Assembly: GCA_041482015.1 (NCBI GenBank)
Contig: JBGPCZ010000004.1
Coordinates: 13,027 to 77,026 of the forward strand
Source of the DNA: Planctomycetota bacterium
Lineage (GTDB): Bacteria > Planctomycetota > MHYJ01 > JACPRB01
DNA: 64,000 nt
Direction: 5' to 3'
The translations under genes were made by a program, and so were the position numbers. The notes under the pieces were generated by a model that did no database searches, had not been told where the DNA came from, and saw only the letters and a list, made by a program, of their open reading frames with translations. Below are positions 37,738 through 44,573 of this stretch, piece by piece. Numbering within the stretch: position 1 is the stretch's first letter; every line of letters starts with the position of its first letter.

Positions 37738-38295
37738 TCACGCTCTCCACTTGATGTTGCAGCCGGCGCTCGGCTTCTGGTAGGCGGGGACGGGCTTGTC
37801 GGCCAGCACGAGGTCGATCGCGGCGCGGAGGTCCTGGCCGGTCACCGGGATGCCGTTGCCGGGGCGGCTGGAGTCGAACTGGCCGCGGTAGACGAGCGTG
37901 CGCGCCGCATCATAGAGAAAGAAGTCGGGCGTGCAGGCCGCCTGGTAGGCGCGCGCGACCGCCTGCGTCTCGTCGTGGAGATACGGGAACCGGTAGTCCT
38001 TCCCTTTCGCCTCGACCGCCATCTTCTCGGGCGAGTCGTCGGGGTAGCCGACGGCGTCGTTGGCGTTGATCGCGACGATCGCGAGGTCCCTCTTCTCGTA
38101 GTCCTTCCCGAGCTGCACCAGGCCGTCCTGCACGTGCTTGACGTACGGGCAGTGGTTGCAGATGAACATCACGAGGAGCCCCTTCTTCGCCTTGACGTCG
38201 GAGAGCGCGACGCGCCGGCCGCTCACCGAATCGGTCAGCGAGAAGTCGGGCGCGGGGGTGCCAAGGGGGTTCATCGCGGACGGGGTGAGTCCCAT
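37738..38295 (-). CDS. Thioredoxin-fold redoxin (AhpC/TSA-like thiol-disulfide oxidoreductase, CNHC motif)
   Basis: APDFSL.D..G..V.L, then LLVMFICNHCPYV. No signal peptide. Confidence 0.75.
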   Translation of the reverse strand: MGLTPSAMNPLGTPAPDFSLTDSVSGRRVALSDVKAKKGLLVMFICNHCPYVKHVQDGLVQLGKDYEKRDLAIVAINANDAVGYPDDSPEKMAVEAKGKDYRFPYLHDETQAVARAYQAACTPDFFLYDAARTLVYRGQFDSSRPGNGIPVTGQDLRAAIDLVLADKPVPAYQKPSAGCNIKWRA

Positions 38296-38326
38296 GGTTC
38301 TTCCCTCGAAATCATGGATGGACTGA

Positions 38327-38500
38327 TTACCGCGTGGATCCCGTCGGAGTCGGTGATTCCGAGGGCGTCACAGCGGCCGCCGCAGCCTTGCGCTGGGCCT
38401 CGAGCCTGGATTCGCGGCGCATGGTGCGGACGATGTAGAAGGTGATCGAGCCCATCAGGGTGTAGATGAAGGCGAGAAGGATGTAGATGGAGTATCTCAT
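38327..38500 (-). CDS. Small single-pass membrane protein (57 aa), not in the ORF track
   Basis: My translation: MRYSIYILLAFIYTLMGSITFYIVRTMRRESRLEAQRKAAAAAVTPSESPTPTGSTR. One TM helix followed by a basic stretch. Lies 31 nt upstream of the redoxin on the same strand. Weak RBS. Confidence 0.35.
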   Translation of the reverse strand: MRYSIYILLAFIYTLMGSITFYIVRTMRRESRLEAQRKAAAAAVTPSESPTPTGSTR

Positions 38501-38630
38501 CCCGGCCGCTTCGGACTCACCGAGCCCGTATTTGCAGCTGTCTCAGGCCATCAACGCGACAGTGATGCTGGCGGCGAAAAAGTTCATCCGTTCTTCTTAT
38601 ATCTGGACCCGAACCGGGGGGCAACCGAAA

Positions 38631-39302
38631 TCACTTGAGCTGGTCGCCGAAGACCTTCTTGAACTTCTCGACCTTCGGGGCGATGACGAGCTGGCAGTAG
38701 CGCTCGTCGGGGTTGAGCTTGAAGTAGTTCTGGTGGTAGTCCTCCGCCTTGAAGAACTTCGTGAACGGGCTGATCTCGGTGACGATCGGCCCGTTGAAAG
38801 CGCCGGCGGCGTCCAGCTCCTTCTTGTACTTCTCCGCGAGCGCCTTCTGCCCGTCGCCGTGATAGAAGACCACCGACCGGTACTGCGTCCCCGAGTCGTG
38901 GCCCTGGCGGTTGAGCGTGGTCGGGTCGTGCGTCTTCCAGAAGACCTCGAGCAGCTTCGCGAAGGAGATCTTGGACGGGTCGTACGTGATATGGCAGACC
39001 TCGGCGTGGCCGGTCTCGCCGCTGCAAACCATCCGGTAGGTCGGGTTCTCCACCTTCCCGCCCGAGTAGCCCGACTCGACCGAGACGACGCCCTTCAGAT
39101 CCTGGAAGACCGCCTCCACGCACCAGAAGCAGCCCTCGCCGAACGTGGCGCGCTCGAGGCCGGAGGGCGCGGGCGCCGGCGGGACGGGTGGCGGGAGCGG
39201 AGGCGGCGCTTTCAGATTCATGGAGGGACCCGGCGGCTCCTGTTTCTTTTCCGCGCACGCGGCCAGGGCGAGAAGGCCGGCGACGATCAGCAGGCGTCTC
39301 AT
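38631..39302 (-). CDS. msrA: Peptide-methionine (S)-S-oxide reductase MsrA, lipoprotein form
   Basis: GCFWC active site, GYSGG and HAEV motifs. Lipobox LLALAAC after start Met19 of the listed ORF. Confidence 0.85.
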   Translation of the reverse strand: MRRLLIVAGLLALAACAEKKQEPPGPSMNLKAPPPLPPPVPPAPAPSGLERATFGEGCFWCVEAVFQDLKGVVSVESGYSGGKVENPTYRMVCSGETGHAEVCHITYDPSKISFAKLLEVFWKTHDPTTLNRQGHDSGTQYRSVVFYHGDGQKALAEKYKKELDAAGAFNGPIVTEISPFTKFFKAEDYHQNYFKLNPDERYCQLVIAPKVEKFKKVFGDQLK

Positions 39303-39388
39303 TCCAGTTCTTATAACACCGGCAGGCCCGCGCCCATTCGAATAAATCGTTTCCATCCCGCGTTCAGAAGCGTAGAGTACCCCTCGCC

Positions 39389-40435
39389 ATGACCTCCTGC
39401 GACATCTGGAGCCAGGCCAAGAGCGGCGGCTGAGCCGCCAAGCTGAGCCCGCAGGTCCTGCGGGAGCTCGTCCAATCGATCTCGCCGAAGGGTCACCCCG
39501 ACCTCCTGGTCGGCCTGAACCCGTCGGACGACGCGGCGGTCTACCGCGTGACCGACGAGATCGCGATGGTCCAGACGGTCGACTTCATCACCCCCATCTA
39601 CCACGACCCTTACCTGTACGGACAGATCGCGGCGGCGAACTCGCTCTCGGACGTCTGGGCGATGGGCGGCCGGCCCGTCACCGCGATGAACATCTGCTGC
39701 TTCCCCGCCAAGGGAGTGGACACGGAGACGCTCGCGAAGATCCTCCAGGGCGGCCTTTCCAAGATCGAGGAAGGGGGCGCGGTGCTCGTCGGCGGCCACT
39801 CCGTCCGCGACGACGAGCTCAAGTACGGCTGCTCGGTCACCGGCTTCATCCACCCGAAGAAGATCGCCCTGAAGGGCGGCGCGAAGGCGGGCGACCGGCT
39901 GATCCTCACCAAGCCCCTCGGGAGCGGCGTCCACGTCACGGGAGCCAAGCGCGGCCTCCTCCCCGACGAGAAACTGCGTCGCGTCATGGAGACGCTCGCC
40001 CAGCTCAACAAGACGGCCGGCGAGACGATGATGGAATTCGAGGTCCGCGGGGCGACCGACATCACGGGCTTCGGCCTGGGCGGCCACGGCCTCGAGATGG
40101 CCCGCATCGCCCGGCTCGGTTTCCGAATCCACGCGGACTCGCTGCCCCTCTTCCCCGACACGATCCCGCTCCTCGAACAGGGCCTGACGACGGGCGCCAC
40201 CCCGGGCAACCTCGCGCTCATCCGGGACGGGATGAAGTACGACGCGGCCGTCACGGTGGCCGAGCAGGGCCTTTTCAGTGATCCGCAGACGTCGGGCGGG
40301 CTCCTGATCGCGATCCGCGCGAAGGATGCGGAGGCCCTTCTCAAGACGCTCCACGAGCGCGGGGTGAAGGACGCGAGGATCATCGGCGAGGCATTCGCCG
40401 CCGACACGCCCCACCTCCACGTGGTGAAAGGATAG
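39389..40435 (+). CDS. selD: Selenide, water dikinase (selenophosphate synthetase), selenocysteine-containing (UGA 39431..39433)
   Basis: One TGA interrupts an otherwise open frame. The read-through N-terminus SGG-U-AAKLSPQVL...DDAAVY matches the SelD glycine-rich loop. The rest is typical SelD (DFITPI..DPY..G.IAAANSLSDVWAMGG, PQTSGGLL). Confidence 0.8.
39445..39469 (+). other. Candidate bacterial SECIS hairpin for selD
   Basis: GAGCCCGCAG-GUC-CUGCGG(GA)GCUC starts 11 nt after the UGA. Its apex GCAGGUCCUGC resembles the E. coli fdhF SECIS apex GCAGGUCUGC. Confidence 0.55.
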
Positions 40436-40440
40436 GACCC

Positions 40441-40923
40441 ATGACGCAAGAATCCTTCTACGCGCTTAAGACGAAGAGCCTGGACGGCAGGGCTTCCGAC
40501 CTCAAGGACTATGCCGGCAAGGTCACGCTCGTCGTCAACGTCGCGAGCGAGTGTGGGTTCACGCCGCAGTACAAGGGCCTCGAGAAGCTCCACGGCGAGC
40601 TCAAGGACCGGGGCTTCGCGGTCCTGGGGTTCCCGAGCAACGACTTCGGCGGGCAGGAACCCGGCACGGCCGAGGAGATCCAGTCCTTCTGCTCCACGAA
40701 GTACCAGGTCACTTTCCCGATGTTCGAGAAGGGGGTGACCAAGGCAGGCGGCGGCCAGTCCGCGGTCTTCGCGAATCTCCAGGCGCAGTCGAAGGAGCTC
40801 CCCGACTGGAACTTCTGCAAGTACCTGGTCGGGAAGGACGGCCAGGTGGTGAAGTTCTTCAGGAGCAAGGTCAAGCCCGACGACCCGGGCCTGCGCAAGG
40901 AAATCGAGGCCGCCCTCGGGTAG
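40441..40923 (+). CDS. Glutathione peroxidase family protein (Cys type)
   Basis: NVASECGFT, LGFPSNDFGGQEPG and WNFCKYLV motifs. Starts 5 nt after the selD stop. Confidence 0.9.
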   Translation: MTQESFYALKTKSLDGRASDLKDYAGKVTLVVNVASECGFTPQYKGLEKLHGELKDRGFAVLGFPSNDFGGQEPGTAEEIQSFCSTKYQVTFPMFEKGVTKAGGGQSAVFANLQAQSKELPDWNFCKYLVGKDGQVVKFFRSKVKPDDPGLRKEIEAALG

Positions 40924-40965
40924 CCGGCGTATACCAGTGATCAGGACACGAAAGGAAGAACCCTT

Positions 40966-41517
40966 ATGAGGACCGCTCTCGCGCTCTGCCTGCTGGCCGC
41001 GACGCAGGCCGTCGACCTCAAGGTGGGCGACGCCGCGCCGAAGTTCGAGTCGACCGACGACGCCGGCAAGGCGTGGAAGTCCGACGAGCACGTCGGGAAG
41101 AAGATCCTGGTCGTCTACTTCTTCCCAGCCGCCTTCACCGGCGGCTGAACCAAGCAGGCCTGCGGGTACCGCGACGACATGAAGTCGTTCGCGGACAAGG
41201 ACGTCGACGTGATCGGCGTCTCGGGCGACACGGTCAAGACGCAGGAGGCGTTCAAGAAATTCCACAAGCTGACCTTCACGCTCCTCGCCGACGAGAAGGG
41301 CGAGGTCGGCAAGGCGTTCGGTGTGCCGGTCAGCAAGGGCGGCACGGCGAAGGCGAAGGTCGACGACAATGACGAGGAGTTCATCCGCGGCGTGACGCTC
41401 AAGCGGTGGACATTCGTCCTGGGCAAGGACGGCAAGGTCGCCTACAAGAACACCGAGATCAAGACGCCGGCCGAGGACAGCAAGGCCGTGCTCGAGGTCA
41501 TCGCGAAGCTCAAATGA
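40966..41517 (+). CDS. bcp: Bcp/PrxQ-type peroxiredoxin with signal peptide, selenocysteine at the peroxidatic position (UGA 41146..41148)
   Basis: Listed ORFs 40966..41148 and 41179..41517 are in the same frame, separated only by a TGA. The joined sequence VVYFFPAAFTGG-U-TKQACGYRDDM aligns with E. coli Bcp VYFYPKAMTPGCTVQACGLRDNM. Confidence 0.8.
41161..41193 (+). other. Candidate SECIS region for the Sec-peroxiredoxin
   Basis: Two overlapping hairpins. UGCGG-GUA-CCGCG has its loop starting 18 nt after the UGA. CGCGACGAC-AUGAA-GUCGU(U)CGCG is a 9-bp stem. The functional one is unresolved. Confidence 0.35.
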
Positions 41518-42566
41518 AGCCGGCGTTGCTCCCACTCCTGGCCCTGGCGCTGGCGTCCTGCGACGGCTCCAGGCCGCCGACGGCGAAGGGCGGCGTTCCG
41601 GCCGAGCTGTGCCCGTGCGGCGCGGACCCCAATCGCGCCCAGATCGTTTCGAAAGAGTTCCTGAAGCCCGGCGACAGCCGCACGTTCTCGATCGAGTACG
41701 TCGGCCGCGTGGCAGAGATCCCCGCGGGAACGAAGAAGGTCCGACTGTGGTTCCCCGTCCCGCAGGACACGAATGTCCAGTCGATCAAGAACTTCACCTT
41801 CTCGAAGCCGCCGAAGCTCGGGAACGAGGCGAAGTACGGGAACAGGATCGCCTATTGGGAGATCGAGAACCCCGCGGGACCGGTCGAGATCACGATGAAG
41901 TTCGACGTCACGCGGATCGAGATCAAGACCGACCTGGCGGCGCTGAAGGACGAGGGACGCGACGAGGTGGGCTCGTTCGACGTCTTCCGCCGGGCCGACC
42001 GCCTCGTCCTCGTGGACAGCGGGACGGGGAAGCTCTCCGATGGCGTCTGCCAGGGGAAGACCTCGACGCTCGACAAGGCGCGGGCGATCTATGACCACGT
42101 GGTCTCGAAGATGACCTACGACAAGAACCACGAGGGCTGGGGGCGGGGCTCGACGAAGCACGCGTGCGAGGTGGGAAAGGGCAACTGCACCGACTTCCAC
42201 GCCCTTTTCAACTCGCTCTGCCGCTCCCAGGCGATCGCGAGCGGATTCGAGATCGGGCTCTACCTCCCTTATGAGCGGAAGTCCGACGAGAAGCCCGGGA
42301 GCTACCACTGCTGGGCGCTCTTCCGCCTGCCCGGGAAGACGTGGGTGCCGGTCGACTGCTCGGAGGCGAGCCGCGCCCCCGCGCGGCGCGACTATTTCTT
42401 CGGGAGCCTGACGTCCAACCGCGTGACGCTCTCCACGGGCCGCGACCTCACGCTGGCGCCCGAGCAGGAGGGTGCGCCCCTCAACTTCTTCCTCGAGCCC
42501 TACGCCGAGGCGGACGGCAGGCCGGTAGTGGCCGCGAAGACCTGGTCGTTCAAGGACCTGGATTGA
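41514..42566 (+). CDS. Transglutaminase-like (Cys-protease fold) lipoprotein
   Basis: Lipobox LALASC. Core GKGNCTDFHALF, then SYHCWA and VPVD (Cys-His-Asp arrangement). ATGA overlap with the peroxiredoxin stop. Confidence 0.7.
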   Translation: MKPALLPLLALALASCDGSRPPTAKGGVPAELCPCGADPNRAQIVSKEFLKPGDSRTFSIEYVGRVAEIPAGTKKVRLWFPVPQDTNVQSIKNFTFSKPPKLGNEAKYGNRIAYWEIENPAGPVEITMKFDVTRIEIKTDLAALKDEGRDEVGSFDVFRRADRLVLVDSGTGKLSDGVCQGKTSTLDKARAIYDHVVSKMTYDKNHEGWGRGSTKHACEVGKGNCTDFHALFNSLCRSQAIASGFEIGLYLPYERKSDEKPGSYHCWALFRLPGKTWVPVDCSEASRAPARRDYFFGSLTSNRVTLSTGRDLTLAPEQEGAPLNFFLEPYAEADGRPVVAAKTWSFKDLD

Positions 42567-42575
42567 CGGGCGCGA

Positions 42576-43736
42576 TCAGACCGCGGTGACCGGCACGCGG
42601 TGCCAGCCGTTGTAGAGGTACCCTTTGAAGTTCCACGGCGCCGCCTCGGGCTGCGTGACGCCGCGCGAATCCGTGGCGCGCACCGCGAGGGTCCGCGCGC
42701 CCTTCGCCACCCCGACCTCCGCCTCCCAGAGACGCCACGTCCAGGGCGCGTCCTTCCCCTCGAGCGACGCGTCCGTCCATGTCGCGCCGCCGTCCGCCGT
42801 GACCTGCACCTTCGAGAGCGGGGCGGGGGAAAGCGCGTAGCCGCGGACCTTCACCTTCCCCTCCGCGACCTCCGCGCCCGCGCGCGGGCTGCAGATGGCC
42901 GAGCTGATCGCGTACTCGAGGATCGGCTCCTTCTCCTCCCATTTCACGGTCTCCGCCGTGACCTCCGGCGGGAAGAGCTTGTAGTCGCGCGCCGAGTAGG
43001 GGTTGTCGCTCGTCCGGTCGCTCACGACGATCCGGCCCAGCCACTTCACGCTCCGCGCGCCGACGTAGCCGGGCACGATCGTCCGGGCCGGCGCGCCGTG
43101 CTCCGCCGCGAGCGGCCGGCCGTTCATCTCCACCGCGACCAGCGTCTCCGCCCGCATCGCCTTCTCGAGGGGGATCGCCGCGCCGAACCGGGACTTCTTC
43201 CCCGCGAACATCGGCTCGTCGAGGCCCTCGAACCAGGCGAAGCGCGCGCCGTTCTTCACGCCGGCGCGGAAGAGGAGCTCCGCGAGGCGCGGGCCGCGCC
43301 ACTCCGCGTTCCCGATCGCGCCCGCGTCCCACTGGACCCCCGCGATCGGCTTCGTCTTCGCGTGCTCGATCCGGCGGTTCCCCGCGCACTGGAGCGTCGC
43401 CGCGACGGTCGAGCTCCCGAACTCGCCCTTCAGCCGATCGAGCGGGATCGAAAGCGGCCGCTCGACCATCCCTTCCACCGAGAGGCTCCAGTGGGCCGGG
43501 TCGACGACCGGGACCGGCCCGTGCGAGCGGACGTAGAAGTGCGGAAGCGGCGTGATCCAGGAGGTCGACAAGTGCTCGAGGGCGGGCTCCGCGTTGAACG
43601 GAGTCTCCATCCGGGTCAGGAGCTCCTTCGCGCCGTCCGCCTCCCGCGCCGGGATCGAACAGCCGGGGAATCCCAGCAGCGCCAGCACGCCGCCCGCACC
43701 GGCCGCCTTGAGGATCTCCCGCCGGGTCGGTCTCAT
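42576..43736 (-). CDS. Sulfite-oxidase-family molybdopterin oxidoreductase, TAT-exported
   Basis: MRPTRREILKAAGAGG signal. FYVRSHG. LQCAGNRR with the Mo-ligand Cys. SUOX dimerisation-type C-terminal domain. Confidence 0.8.
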   Translation of the reverse strand: MRPTRREILKAAGAGGVLALLGFPGCSIPAREADGAKELLTRMETPFNAEPALEHLSTSWITPLPHFYVRSHGPVPVVDPAHWSLSVEGMVERPLSIPLDRLKGEFGSSTVAATLQCAGNRRIEHAKTKPIAGVQWDAGAIGNAEWRGPRLAELLFRAGVKNGARFAWFEGLDEPMFAGKKSRFGAAIPLEKAMRAETLVAVEMNGRPLAAEHGAPARTIVPGYVGARSVKWLGRIVVSDRTSDNPYSARDYKLFPPEVTAETVKWEEKEPILEYAISSAICSPRAGAEVAEGKVKVRGYALSPAPLSKVQVTADGGATWTDASLEGKDAPWTWRLWEAEVGVAKGARTLAVRATDSRGVTQPEAAPWNFKGYLYNGWHRVPVTAV

Positions 43737-43742
43737 GGAGTT

Positions 43743-44483
43743 CTACTGCTGTTTGTCCTGGTAGACGAACTCGACCTTCTTCGACTCGCCGGCCGCAACC
43801 TTGACCGTCATCGTCGCCGTGTCCGCCGCGAACCGCGGGGACTCGTGCTTCACCGAAAGCTCGTACTCGCCGGGCGGAAGGCCCTTGATGGTGAACGACC
43901 CGTCCTCCCGGGTGACCGCGAAGTAGGGATGATCCAGGACGTGGACGTAACCCAGCATCCACGGATGGAGGACGCACCGGAGATCGACCTTGAACTCGGG
44001 CTTCTCGAAGACCTTCTCGAGCTTGCCGCCCTTGACCGACATGCCCTCGTTGAACGGCTTGTTCTTGAACGGATTGCAGAGCACATTGTGGAGGGTCGCG
44101 TCGCTGTTGCGGATCTCCAGCGTCTGCCCGACCATCAGCGCGACCACGTGGGGGGTGTAGGTGCAGCCGACCTGGTCGATGACGACGGGCGTCTTGGGCG
44201 CCTCGAACGTCATTCCCTCGAGCCCCTTGGAGACGTAGACCAGCACGTTGGTGAACGTGTCATCGTCGCCGTTCTTCCCGAAGACCCATTTCTCCTCGAG
44301 CGGCGCCTTGCCCGCGCACGCCTCCTTGCAGAAGGCCTGGGCGAGCATGCCCTCGTTGGGCTTGCGCTCGGGCTTCGGCCCCTTGAATTTCACGACCCCG
44401 GTGACCGTGCCGGTTTCCTTGCTCTCCTGGGCGGAGGCCGGAAGCACCACCAGCAAGGTCGCCAGGATCCGGAAGGACTTCAT
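43743..44483 (-). CDS. Secreted cupredoxin-like (type-1 copper site) protein with C-terminal carboxypeptidase-regulatory-like Ig domain
   Basis: Candidate ligands H (TLHNV) and C-x2-H-x2-M (CVLHPWM). C-terminal DGSFTIKGLPPGEYEL. Start at 44483 after GGTGGAG. Confidence 0.65.
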   Translation of the reverse strand: MKSFRILATLLVVLPASAQESKETGTVTGVVKFKGPKPERKPNEGMLAQAFCKEACAGKAPLEEKWVFGKNGDDDTFTNVLVYVSKGLEGMTFEAPKTPVVIDQVGCTYTPHVVALMVGQTLEIRNSDATLHNVLCNPFKNKPFNEGMSVKGGKLEKVFEKPEFKVDLRCVLHPWMLGYVHVLDHPYFAVTREDGSFTIKGLPPGEYELSVKHESPRFAADTATMTVKVAAGESKKVEFVYQDKQQ

Positions 44484-44573
44484 CACTCTATCTCCACCGA
44501 TCACCCGGTCTCCCATGGAACGACGGCGGGCCGGAGAGGTTCTCCGGCCCGCCGTCCTAGAAGGCGAGTCGAC

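Noticed and set aside
39350-39378. Possible selD promoter TTTCCA-17-TAGAGT
   Set aside because: The match is weak and it would leave an almost leaderless mRNA. It is not reportable as a feature without 5'-end data.
39548-40435. The track's start for selD at Met 39548
   Set aside because: It would delete the glycine-rich catalytic loop and the DDAAV motif. The upstream in-frame sequence encodes exactly these, with a single UGA.
41154-41163. GCAGGCCUGC, a near copy of the fdhF SECIS apex GCAGGUCUGC, as the SECIS apex of the Sec-peroxiredoxin
   Set aside because: It starts only 5 nt after the UGA, much closer than the roughly 16-37 nt loop distance of known bacterial SECIS elements. Downstream hairpins fit better.
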